Source: Gnetum montanum | Lineage: Eukaryota; Plantae; Gnetophyta | Direction of reading: 5' to 3' | Length of the DNA stretch: 64,000 bases | NCBI GenBank assembly: GCA_015680685.1 | Contig: MNCI01002561.1 | Span: 6,087-70,086 of the forward strand | Translations under genes and position numbers: made by a program | Notes under the pieces: generated by a model | The model's input: the letters and a program-made list of their open reading frames with translations, nothing else | The model's database searches: none | What the model was told of the DNA's origin: nothing | Part shown: piece by piece, positions 12,550 through 25,790 of the stretch | How positions within the stretch are numbered: the first letter of the stretch is position 1 | Layout: each line of letters opens with the position of its first letter

Positions 12550-15500
12550 TCCATGTTTGCAACTCTGAAGGCTCCATTGTTGTAGACCTTGGTGATTAGA
12601 AAAGGCCCCTCCTAGTTGGCTAAGAACTTATCTGCATGCTTGCAGATAGCCTTGATGACCAAGTCTCCTTCCTTTATCTTTTATTTTTTCAATTCATGGA
12701 AATGTTGTTGCTTCTACCTCTCTTGGTATCGCTTGATGTGAGCAAGCATTTGTATCCACTACTCTTCTACCAAGTCTAGGTTAATGGAACCTACAATTCA
12801 ATAGGTAAAATAGCTTCAAATTCATAAACTAGGTTATATGGGATTACACTAGTTGCAATTAGATAGGTTGTTCTATAGGTCTAAAGTATGTGGACAAGTC
12901 ACTCATGCCACTTGTGTTTGTTATTATTTAGCATAATTTTAAGCATGTTTATAATGGCTTTATTACTAGCTTCAACTTGTCCATTGGCTTGAGGGCAATA
13001 TGGTGACAAAAAAAAAATGCTTGATGCATAGATCTTGACAAAAGGTTTACATTTCTTGGCTACTAAATTCTGATCCATTATTTGTAACTATAGTCAAAGG
13101 TATGCCAAAATGGGCTACTATGTTATTGAGTATTAATCTACAAACTTGTTGAGATGTTATCTTCCTTAGGAAAATAGCTTCACCCAACCGTTATAAAGTA
13201 TTTGGTTGTAGTAATAATGAAGTTATGCCTTACAAAATACTTAGGTGTTATAATGTCAAGTCCCCACCATTGAAATGACCAACTTATCTAAGTAGTATAT
13301 AATTCAGTTGGTGGCATGTGTATCAAGTTTTCATGTCACTAGTAGATGTGACAATTTTTAACCTTCTATAGGAATTAATTTTCTATATAGCTATGATAAT
13401 AGCCTTGTTGCCTAATTTTAGTATCCATGGCTATAGTTTCTATATGTCCTCCACATATGTCCTCATGACTTGCTCAAGGACTATTCAGGCTTTAGTTTTT
13501 CCTAAGCACACTAATAATATACCATCATAGGATTATCAACATAATGTATTATCACCTAAAATAAAATACTATTTTAATCTTTTATGTATAATGTACTTTT
13601 GAGAAGTAGTCAGGCCTTGTGAAGATTCATCATGCATTAGGTAAAACTTGATATCATATATCACTTGTTTTGAGAAGTAATGTTGATAGAGGCTATAGAG
13701 TCACATTTAGTGTTATGTGTGATGGGAATAACACAAGTTACAATTAAGAAGGATAACTTGCTAAATACATTAGCTATCACACTTAGGGCTAAGGTCACAA
13801 TGGCATCTACTAACATGTTCTTGGTTCAGGGTATATGTTAAATACCAACATCTATAAATTATTGCATTGGTTTCTTGCCTAGATCACAATAAGGTTGAAA
13901 CTTTTTGGCTTGACATGCATAAACCTATGTTACTTGGTTAATCACAAGTTGAAAATTACCTTCTATCATCAACCAAATGATTCCTTGATCATGGAATACC
14001 ATCATTCCCTTGATCAATCCTTCATACTTTTCCATGTTGTTAGTACATGGGAAATCAAAATGATAGGTGAAGGTCTGGATTTGACTAGAAGGTGATATTA
14101 TGATGGTAGCAACACTATCCCCATAGGGGTTGAGGCTCCCTCAAAGTACATAATTTCCTCATATCCCTTAGGTACTTCACTAAAAATGTTGACATGCTCA
14201 TCAGGGAATTCAAGATTAATGGTTGCATGGTCTTCTAATGGGAAAATGGGAAGTTACATGGCTATAGCTTAGCCTTTTGTTGAAGCTTGGGATATGTAAT
14301 GGAGGTTAAACTCAACTGTTATGGCTTTCCCATAGGCTATACGACTACTTTCATAGATATTGGTCATTATAGCTCTAAGCATGTTATCCTTGCAAATGAT
14401 ATTAAATTGGCTCCTAAAGAGGTATTATCTTCACTTCTTTAATTAGAAGACTATGGCTAGATAATAATTCTCCACTTTAGTGTATTGGGCCTCATAAGCA
14501 ATTAAAGCATGACTTAGGTAGTATACCGGTAGCTCCACTTCATCGTCCTATTTCTAATAGAGTAGAGAGGCAATGGGCATGTTGGATATAGTAAGGTAGA
14601 TGTAAAAAGGCTTATCCTTTTGTAGCAGATAGATCATGGCTAGTTGTGCTGACTCTTAATTAAGGTTTTCAAAGATTTCTTAGCATTGAGCCATCCACTC
14701 ATAGCATACTCTTTTCTTAAGCAAGTGTTGTATGGGTTGTAATTTATCTATAAGCCTAGAAATGAACCTATGAATAAATCGTAATCTACCTTGCAATCCC
14801 CGAAGCTCCTTAAGGTTAGTTGGTATTTCCAAGTTGGATATGAACTTAATCTTATTAGTATCAACACGTATTACTACTTTGGATATTACAAAGCCAAGCA
14901 TCTTACTAGTTTTGATACCAAAAACATACCTCTTGGGATTAAGCCTGAGTTCATATTTAAAACATCATTTTAGCACAAGGTTAAGGTAATGTGCATGGTC
15001 ATTGGATATGTTTGATTTAATTGCTATATTGTCAAAGTATTCATTAATAAATCCTAGCATATAATCACTAAAGATATATATCATGACTCATTGGTAAGTT
15101 ATGCCTACATTCTTAAGACCAAATGAAATCATTGTGCAATAAAAGGTTTCCTAAGGGATCATTAAGGTTTTTAAAAGTTGATGCTTTGGGTTAATCCTAA
15201 CTTGGTTATATCTCAAGAATCCATCAATGAAGGATAACAAGGCATGTATAATCATAGTATTGATAAGTTGGTCAATACTAGGTAAAGGAAAATCATCTTT
15301 GATAGTAGTCTTATTCAAGTCTTAGAAATCAATAAAAATGTGTATAATCCCATTTTTCTTAGGGACTACCACTATGTTGGATACCCATTCCATGTAATTG
15401 ATAGCTCAAATGAAATCAACTTGATATAGTTTCTTGATTTCATCACAAAGTGCTAGGGCTAAATTTGGCCTACCCTTACAAACTTTTTACTTAACTGGTT

Positions 15501-15780
15501 TGATACTAGGGTCAAGTATGATGTTATGTTACACTATGCATGGGTCAAGACTTAGCATACCTTCATATGACTAGGAAAATACCTTAATATTATCTTGAAG
15601 AACCTTGGTGATGTCTTGAGCCTATTGAGTTTCAATGAGGAAATTAATTTTAGTGTTTTTTCCTCACCATTGTGTGTCATGATAGGAACCTCAACTGGAG
15701 AGTTCTTGGTAATGTTGCCAACCTTTAGGTTAAAGGTTTTAACTAGGTTTTCTAGCCGTTCAAGAGGTTTTTCTATCAAG
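12550..15780 (-). pseudogene. pol remnant: RT, RNase H, additional (archaeal-type) RNase H, integrase
   Basis: KDDFPLPSIDQL and FGLKNVGITYQ (RT); ELRGLQGRL (ORF 14680-14901); MYFEGAS and HIP*TKNMLVDAI (aRH, 13790-14160); HEDICGGH, YCPQANGQVEASNK and *EGPF (INT). aRH between RH and INT is a Tat hallmark. Confidence 0.87.
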
Positions 15781-16899
15781 GCTATGTGATTGAAGAGGCA
15801 CTCAAGCTTAAGATCTAAGTAATTAAGATTAATTATTCAACATTACCATGAGGTCCACTTAGAATCAAAGGAAAATTGATTTTCTCCCAAGTGTTCATAC
15901 TCCAATCTTGCATATCAACCATAAGAACATTAGGTGATCCATGTGTGATTAAATAAGCAAATAATGCCAAAATATTATAAAATACTCTAGAAATTATGCA
16001 TGGAAACATGTTTCATTAATGATCAAACAAAGTCACTAAAGGTTACAAGAGGTAGGGTAAAACAAGAAAGGTGAAACAAAAGCTAAATAAAGCAAAATGA
16101 GGTCGAACAATGGCCAAATGATGATAGAATGAAGCCAAATGAAGGCTAGATGATGGTCAACCTACATCCAATGATTTCAATTAAGGTTAAAGCATGGTCA
16201 ATGGAGGTCATAGAAGGGGAGTTAAGATAGGTGAGATGCACCAAAGGCCAAAAAACATGAAATTAGGCCAAATAAAGGCCAAATGATGGTCAAATGAGGC
16301 CAAAGTATGGTCTAATGATGATCAAGAACCATAAAATGATTTCAAAAAGGGTTAAAATGTAATCAAAAAGAGATCATAGGGTTTATGATAAGGTAGATGG
16401 GGTAAATTAAAGGTCAACTAACATGGAACAAGGAAAAATGGCAGCCAAATGATTATCAAATGGGATCAAATGAAGCCCAAATGATGGTTGAATGTAATCC
16501 AATGATGTTCTAGATGGTCAAAAAAGGTCATAGTGTGTCCAATGGTGTAAATTGATGTTAAAGCAAGTTTACTGAGGCCAAAAGACACCAATTGATAAAA
16601 ACATTTCACACTAACATTACAAAAATGAAGCCAAATGACATCAAATGATAGGATAATGAAGCTCAATAATACATACCAAGGTGAAATCAAGTTAAAAAAT
16701 AATGAAACAAGGCCAAACTAGTCAAGGTGGGTAACATAGGATAAAATGTGGTTAATATTGGTTAATCAAGGTTAGATCTTGCCAATTTTAGACCTTAGTA
16801 AACCATTGTGTGAGGCTACAAGATCAATGGAAAGGTTTGGCCACTTGGGAAGGTCATTTTGAGGCTATTTGAAGGTAAAAATAAAGCCACTTTTGGTAA

Positions 16900-18500
16900 C
16901 TGTAGTGGAACCATGCTGGGACTACTCTAGCCAATGTGGCTTTGGAAGGCCCTAGCATGGTTCCCAATAAAATGTAGATTCCTAGGTTATAGCCAATTTT
17001 GGATTCTACTAGTTCATAGTGATAGTGATGTGGAATAGGAGTGAAGATTGGTTAACTTTGGTATCATTGTGATCCTTTGGAAGCTAAAAATGCTACCAAG
17101 AACTTCCAACTACACTAGGACTATGCTAGCCAACATGGCCCTAATATAGTTCCATGAGAAAAATGAATTTGTGGAATCCCAAGATAAAAATTTGTGTTTT
17201 TTTGGCTTCCTATGGTAGGATAGAAGCATAAGGGTTGTAAATCATTCATTCGAAGGCCAAAATAGTCTTTTTAAGTAAAATTTGGAATCATTCCCCTTTG
17301 GACTACATTAGGAAGTGTAGTTGGGGGTATCCCTAGCATGGGTGGATAGAACTTGGACTTTTGACGATTAAAATATGATCAAATTATAGCTAGCTCTAGG
17401 GTCTTAAGGATCTAGGCTTTCCCAATTAAGTTTTGGCCCATTTGGAATGTGGTAATGTTGGTAAAATCCTTTTGGAATCCCTACTACGTTGGAGCCACAT
17501 TGGCTAGCATGGCTTTGACCTTCCTGAGCATAGTTACATTTGAGCCTTGATTTTTTATAAGTTTTGATGGTAAATCGACTAAGTTTTCAAGTTATTAGGG
17601 TTTCTGGTGTTCATGCTGAGGGTTTTGGCTTAGAATTTTTTATTATCTTGGTTATTTGAGATTTAATATGGTCATCCCCTTGGACTACACTGGCCAATGT
17701 AGTCCCAGCATGGATGGGAGGAATATGATGGGTTTTGGCTATTTTTGACTCAATTTCTAGAATTTGGTGGTTTCTAATGGCTCCAACAGGGTTTTGGAAT
17801 TAGGATGATGCACCTAGAGGTTGATTTGGCTTCTTTATGAGGTATTCTTAAGTTTCCATAAAGGAGCCATGCTAGGACTACATTGGCTAGCATAGTTCTA
17901 GGATTCCTCATTGTGGCTCTAAGGTTGAAGTAGGGTTTAACTTTTTTTTCTTAGTTTTTTAGCATTTTAGGATTATCAGAGACCCCAGAAAGATGTGAAG
18001 GCTAAGATTTGTCATTTTAAAGGTCATTTTTGGTAATTGGTAGTCAAACCTCAACCAATCACATTGGGACCATACTGGCTAGCATAGTTGGAATGTCCCA
18101 CAACATGGTTCCAAGCTTAGGGTTGGGTTTTGACTAATTTTTCTAGGTGATCTAACATTTTAGGATTACTAGAGGCTTCAAGAGAATGTAAGAGTTAAGA
18201 AATGTCACTTTGAAGACTATTTATGGTATTTGATGACTAAACCCCTATGAACCATGCTAGGAAAATATTGGCCAACATAGTTGGAGTGCTCCCTATGATG
18301 GCTCATCTAAAATACATGGTTTTTGAACATTTTTGTTAGGTTTTAGGAGCTTTCAGAGTTGTCAGAGGCTCTAACTAGGGTTTAGGGCTTGGAGTGGTCA
18401 TTTTAGAGTTTATTGGAAGATTAGTTGATGTTTGGAACCCCCATCCCTCTTGAAGCTACATTAGCCAATGTAGTTGGGGTCATGGCCAATGTAGTTCTCC
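16900..18500. repeat. Degenerate tandem array, ~190-bp period, ~9 units with a palindromic core
   Basis: Core ggactaca(c/t)tgg(c)caatgtagtcc and variants near 16915, 17120, 17300, 17491, 17682, 17875, 18067, 18260 and 18454. Confidence 0.7.
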
Positions 18501-20659
18501 AAATAGCTAATTTTTATATGGGTTTTAGCTTCCTCCAGTGTTTGGTACCTTCCAATTTCAATACCATGTTTATAATTTTGGTATGAGGACTTTTGGCTTC
18601 AACATGTTATGGATGGATGACTATGAAGTGGGTTTTGGTAGTACTTGAGGTTTGGGATTTGTCCCAAGGCTATTTAGGGACTTAATCCCAATGTAGTGAA
18701 TTAGGTTTTTTACTAGTTTATTTGGGAGGCACTTGGTGGGGCCCACCCAAGTTTAAATCCTTAAAATAAATTAATTTTCCCACTAACCTAGCATAGTTTC
18801 CACCTTTTAATTATGGGCATGAAGTTATGTGAAAGTTGTATGGTTGTTTTGGGAATGGGGTTTTGATCATCAATGCATAAGTTTGGGAGTAATCTTCACA
18901 TTATAATTTTGCTGAAACCAATTTTTTCCAACACATCCCTAGCATGAAGTGTAGAGAATTAGAGCTTTTTAAATAATTCTAGCTCTAGTCCTTGCCCATC
19001 CCAAGAATTACTTGATCATTCTACATCAAGAAGCAGTGTAGTTGCAAGGAGATTAAAGCATTTTGAAGATTTTTTGCATTGTTGATCAAATATGTCTAAG
19101 AGAAGGATGACTACAAGTAAAAATCTAGCTTTGGATGAGGAAAATTTTTCTATCAAATGGCTTTCAAGTATACCATGGCCTCTACTCAAAGAAGGATCCT
19201 CCACCATGACTGTCAGGTACACCATTCCTAGCCATTTTTCTGTAGTTTCTTGGCCTAGAACTAGGCATTTTGTGTCATATAGGCTTGTTTTTTGAATGAG
19301 ATTTGTTTTTGTAAAATTCCTATGTTATATCTAGGTTAGGGGTATGTGTTCATAATGTTTCTTTGGCCTTAGGGCTTACCCATGATCAATTTAAAATTTT
19401 TTATCCAAGCCATTTTATGTGTTTTCACCATTTTCTATTGAAAACGAAAATGTCTCTTTTTAAGTTTTTTATAACTAGGGCCATGGGGTTGTTGTGTGAT
19501 ATTAACTAGTGAATTAGTTATGAAATCACTAAATTCTGTCCTATGGTAAATTTTCTATGAATTTTTTTGTAGGCCAGTGGATAGTGAAATTTTGGGTTTT
19601 TATTGTTTTTTACCCCCTCAAAACTAAGTGTTGACATTGCAAAAATGTTTTTCTAACATCATCCTAGATTGCTAGGATTTCTAATGCTATTTTTAAGGGT
19701 TTGAAATTAGTTCTAGAAATCTAGAAAATTTTTTCATATTTTTTTCCAAGCTCTCATTGTAGCCATTTTTCTACAGTTTGGTTTTTTGTAAAATTCCTAC
19801 AATGATTTTAGGTTGTTGTATGAAATTTTTCTAAGTCTCAAATTATAGTGGTGATGCTAAATGTTTTTCGAATTTCACATATGTATAATTCCTACACTTA
19901 GAAAAAAAAATTTCATACAAATATATCATTTTGAAGTTGGTGTTAACTATCCCATACGGTTGTAGTTGTAATTGTTAGAACTACAAATCCCCCAAGCTGT
20001 ACGAGCAATGTTGGTCTATTTTTCGTAATTTTTATGGGTTTTTTAGGCCATTACTAGTTATTTCTATGTTTTGTATTATTTTTCAACATTTTTAAAAAGA
20101 TTTCAAAATTTTTAACTAGTCTCCCTAGAGTTTTGACTATAGCTAATTTCACTATAAACTAGGATTTCTAGTTGAAATTTTGTTAAATTCAAATTGGAAT
20201 TTGGTAACTGTTGTTGTAGGTTATATCTTAATATAAGCTAATTTCCATGGGTCTAATTTTTTACATAAAATTTATGCAATTTTTAATGTATATTTTCACC
20301 ATGAGATTTTCATCAATATTAATGGACCACTTGATTTTTTTCTCATTTTTTGCTAAGTTTTGTTTTAGGTTTTAATGGTTGTGAGTCGTGTATTTTATTT
20401 TTTGGTTTAGACAAAAATTTTGGAATTATGCTTATGATTGTTTTCTTCATAGTTAAAATTTTTATTATGGTCATATAAGGTTTTGATGGTTATGTTTGAG
20501 TTGTGTAGGGCCTTCTTGAAGCCTATCCTGGTAGTGATCAAACTGGTTGGGCTCTTGTGTTGCATTCACATACTAGGACCCAACACCCCACCTACTGACA
20601 TGGTGTTTGAATGTAGCTCCCTTTGGTTTAGGCTAGGGGAAAAGGAGTTTCTAGCCTTC

Positions 20660-23600
20660 CTGTTACAGAATTTTAGTGTGATGGTGTGATCATACTTGGC
20701 ATCTCATATAATGATCATTATTGTGGAAAGCTCATTGTACCAGCTTGATCATCAAATTTATAGTTAACGATCTTTGGACTCATGTTGAGGGTGAACAATT
20801 TGATAGCATATATACCAAAGTGACACATAAGTTGTTCAAAATCTAGGATATGCCCAAATTCATTTAGTATAATGCCAAAAACACATTACTAATTGGTCAC
20901 TACATTAACACATTATTTTAGAATCCTCCTAGTACCATTTACGATGTGGAAGGGTAGGCATAATTTTTAGTTTTTTCTTGTTTACTTTTGATTCTATTAA
21001 TCCACTTAGGTTTAATGATTTTTTCTTGGGTTAGCATGCTTGCAGATACAAGGTAGATGACCAAGGATTGATCAAGAGTGATTAGCTCTTAATTTTAGCC
21101 CAAATAGCACTAGCAGTCTTTTCCAAAAGCCTCGTAGTGATGGAGTAGCTCAAGGGTGACTTTGGCAGGTATAGTTTACACTATTTCTAGGCTTGCTATA
21201 GGTTCATAGCTAAAAAAATGACAAAATGTTAGTGGGATCAACCTAATTTTTGTGCACCAACATACATACCCATTAGGGTCCTCATGCTACGTTCATCAAG
21301 CAAGCAAAGTAAGAATGCTTAATTTTTGATTTATTTTTGTTTCACGCAATGTCAATGTTTTCTAGTTATGTGGTTATTGGGTTATGTGTGCCTTAACTAT
21401 TTTATTGGTTTTATCAGTGTGGCTACAAGTGTTATTTTTAATTTCTTATGTTTAATGTGTATCATTCTTTCTATTTTTTGATTTTGTATTATATGCCTAT
21501 GCCAAAGCTAATGTATATTTTTTTTTGTGTTGTAGGGGATGCACCATCATTTGCTATTTTTGTGATTACTTCATGACATAGTGAAGATACACTTATCCTT
21601 AAGTTTCATGAGGTGTATACAGTGCAACATTGGTTGGCCAGCCAAGCACATAGGGATATCCAAGCAAGGATTACTAGTGCAAGTTTGCTTGACTTGGTCA
21701 TGGCTCCTATCCTAATCATCCCTACTCCTGAGATGGTAAAAGTCATCGACTCCTTTAAAAAAGGAGTGAAGAAACTTATCACCCAAGTTCATGGCGTGCC
21801 TATCACCTTAGTTTTCAATAAATCCATTTTTAGTGACCTCTTTGGCATCCCTCATGAGGGGATGAAGATTATCACCAAACCAGGGAAAGAGGTGGACCAT
21901 TAGGAGGAAGTGGAAGAATAGCTAAATACTCATTGTAGCCACTTTGAATGGACTCTAAATAACTATTGTAGGTAATAGAGGCAAATGAGATATATGCATT
22001 GTTCAAATCCCAGGCTTTCCCAAAATTGTTGTCATAGAAAAAGATCCTATGCATTGAGTAGGCATGGATCATGAAAAAGATCCTCACTAAGGATGCTCAA
22101 TTCAACTAGGCTACTCATTTAATTTTTGGGCTATGAGGGGAGATTTTGAATCTTCAAGACAACCTTGATATGATATGCAACACACACTTTGCATTTTTTG
22201 CTATGTATCCAAGGTAGTTCGCAGAGTTCTTGTTTTTGAGGAAGGATGGACAATGGATAAGTAAAGTTCCATCCCAACTCTCTAAGCCTTGGGTGAAACA
22301 TGTTTTCCCAACCATGCAAGCTTAGAACTCACCAAAGGACATTGGGGAATCACTATTTGTTACCACTAAGCATTTTAATGATATGCATTATCCTTCCCTT
22401 GATAACATGAGGAGGGGGCACCAAGTTGCCCATGGAAATATTGAGAAGGCCAAGGAGTTATGTGCTAAAGTTAACAAGGTAGCTAGAGCAAAGTTGAAGA
22501 GGCCTATGGCTGAGGAGACAATACTCATTGAGTAGCCTATAAAGAGGAGGCTCATTATTAAACTTGGTCAAGCACATCATGTAGTTGCAGTTATGTTTTA
22601 TTTTTGTTTAAGTTATTTGGTGTCTATGTTTTATGTTATATGATTATGTTGTTATTTTGTTTTAGAAAAAAATATGATAAGTGATTCTATGTTTTGTCTT
22701 CACTATTCTTTTAGGTAAACAACAAGAACTGACACCCTAAGAAGTAGTAGTGGAGGTTGAATAGAAGTGCCTCAAGAAGGAGGTTCTACAATGGCATGAG
22801 GATGAGGGACTATCCAATGCCACATTGGATGCCTTTTACACCATATTCGATAGTTCATAGCTAGGTGAACCTCCTGTTATTATTCTAGATGATTTTCCAG
22901 GTAATTATGATTTTTTGTTTTATGTGTTACATTTTGTAGTTTTATTTTAGGATTTGGTTTTCATCATTATTTGATTATCATGATTGTTGTATCTTTTGAA
23001 CCTCAACCTAACACTTCAACCTCCATGTTTCACATGAAACCATGGGTGAAGGTTATAGATAAAATGGAGTTCATACGAGGGATGACTAAAGACATGATCG
23101 ATTGGTTATAACAGATTTCTCCTGATGTTGGTAATAATCTTAGTTAATTTTGCCTTTAATTTTTTTATTGATTGTATGTGATTTTATTCTATATGGATTG
23201 TTATTTGGTTAGCTTGTTATTTGTTGGTTATAAGATTTTATCTGTTCACTTCTTATATTTTTTATAGTGTCAAAGGTTGGATGGGATTATAACCATGCTA
23301 TTGAGATTGATGAACTACCTAGCCTACCATCTAAAGTACAACATTTTTCATGAAGGATATATGAAAGTGCCATTGAATGTGTACTTTCATGTGCTAGAAC
23401 CTCATGGAAATGCCAACGTTCTGATGAGTTCCTATGGGAATGACTTGTAATGTTGGAGAGGAAAAACAAGAAATAGGTTGATGAGATTAGAGATTTCAGC
23501 ATTGTAAGGAGCTTGTGGAAGCCCAAGTGGCTAACATGGACTCCCTATGAACCATAGAGATCAAATGGGTGCATTACTGGAATGCCATCCATGGCAAGGC

Positions 23601-24290
23601 TTCTCTTGCTAGGGAAATTGTGAAGTAAAAGCTGCAAATGGAATTGTTGGCTTGTAAGGCCAGGAAGTGAAGGGACTATTGTGCTTGGATTCTTGAGTGG
23701 GGCCAAGTACAAAAGAATCAGAAGAAAAAGTAAAAGTTTGAAAAAGAGAGCTACCTCAAGTGGCTATAGGAGGATTCAATCAAAAGGCACAAATTGAAGT
23801 TGTTCATGAGGGGAATCAACACTATAGATGTCTTCAAGTTGTTTGTAGGCTTTCTGGTGGTAGCTGATTCTCTAATTCCTTAGGTTACTACTACTTTCGA
23901 GAAGGATACTACCATCAAATTTTCACAAGAGACATCCACATGGATGGACATTGATAAGAGCAACATATTGACAATAATTAATCTTGGGGAAGTCGATTGG
24001 GCCCATATGACTAAAGACTAGATTCTCTACTATCTAGAGGCTTGTCTTCAGAGCTTCCCCGTAGAAGACACTACTTTGGAGTCTTTCCAAGTTTTCTTCC
24101 TTTTAATTAATTTCTTTTCTTTTATTATATTTTAGTTTGATTTAAGTTGTAATTTATTTTAATTTCTTTTTGTGTTGATTACCAATGAAAGTTTTATTAT
24201 GTTGATATAGGTACTAGGTAATAACAGAGGCCCCATAGGATGATGATGTTAAATATGCTCCTCCTCCACCTCCAATTGTACCCTAGTTCC
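20660..24290 (+). pseudogene. Decayed, probably spliced accessory ORF antisense to gag/pol
   Basis: Coding-like blocks alternate with T-rich gt...ag segments. ORF 21613-21903 (QVHGVPITLVFNKSIFSDLFGIPHEG) resembles accessory proteins of plant retroelements. Exon boundaries not resolved. Confidence 0.45.
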
Positions 24291-24899
24291 ATCTATTTGA
24301 TCATCTCTTTAGTTATTTTGTTGTTGATGTTTTTATGATGTTGTGGCTAGTCTTAGCCATTATTTATTTGTGAGACAATTTATTATATTTTTTCATGTTA
24401 TTGCTACATAGTTTAGCTATGGATATTGGAATTTTGTTTATTTTATATGACATTGTTGATTGAACTCTTATCACACTATGTGACTATGGCTACAAGTTAT
24501 GGACATTTTGACTATTATTATTTTAAAATTTTAATTTTTCTTATATGTTCTGGATTTTTAGTTTTATGCATTCTATGTGTTTGACATATTGTTCATGTTA
24601 TGAGCATATATGTTAGGCTACATCAGTTGAATCATGTGGTTATAAGGAAATATCCAGTATAGTAAAAATATAAATTAACTAGGTTCATTTTTAGCCCATG
24701 TGTGGTCTTGTTATCTTTGGCCATAGTGGCCATAGCTACATGGTTTCACCTCCCCTTGTCCTTATTCTTTTGCATATTTTTGTTTTTATATGCCATGTAG
24801 GTGGGGTCACAGTTGGCCTCAGTGACATCCTATACATTCTTGGTTTGGAAAAATACTTAACTAAATGACCATAGGTCTATTTAATAGAACTTGGAATTG

Positions 24900-25790
24900 A
24901 TAAAATTGTTAACCACCCCCTTGAAGATTGTTATAAGGTGGATTTTGGCTATGGATTTGGGAATATCATTTAGTAGAGCATTCCACCATTGGATGAACTT
25001 CTAAACTGGTTCAAAGGTCCCCTGTTTGATCTTCATTAGTTGGTCTAGGATGGCTTTTGATTTCAAGTTGTACTTGAAATGGCTCACAAATTATGATATC
25101 TAATCATCAAGTGAGGATATAGATGCTCATAACAATGTGTGGTACCAATCTAATGCCTTCCTCGTAAGAGACATAGGAAATATTATCATTATGGTATGAG
25201 GCCAAGCCTATAACAATAGGTACTTGGAGTGGAAGATGATAAGGTGAGCATTGGGGTTATCCTCACTATTATACTTGGTAAACTAGAGTATGGGGATGGT
25301 TAGGGAAATGATTATTTCTGAAACAAGAAGACTGATAGGGTCATCCTGATAAAATTCCATGATCTTAACTATTTGGATTGCTGAAGCTTTGAGCTTCTGT
25401 AAGTTCTTGGATCATTTGGGAGACCTGATCTAAGCCTTGGGACATCTCCATATGTTGTGGGGTTTGGATGTACGATTTTGGTATGAGTTGAGAGGCCTAT
25501 GGCCTCATAATGGATTATAGCACATAGGGAAGGGGTTGGGTAATCATTGTTGTAGGAGGGATGAACAATGAAAAGGAGGTTTATGTTGGCAGTTGTGGGA
25601 TGAATGGGAAAAAAGGTATATGTGACCCTTGGATCACTTGAGTTTCCACTATGGGATCCATTGGAATGGAGAATGGATGAGAAATGGTTATGACCATGGG
25701 TAATGGTAGTGTAGATTGAGGTTTCATGATGAATGAAATAGAGGAGAAAATAGGAGTTGTTTGGGGGCATCAATTATGCCTGTTGTGCCA
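24900..25790 (-). pseudogene. Retrotransposon gag remnant
   Basis: Minus-strand FSKYNSEDNPNAHL...FPMSLTRKALDWY...LMKIKQGTFEPV*KFIQWW, preceded by a Pro-rich stretch. Confidence 0.75.

Noticed and set aside
16900-18500. CRISPR-like array
   Set aside because: Eukaryotic retroelement context, degenerate repeats, ~165-bp partly similar spacers, and no cas genes.
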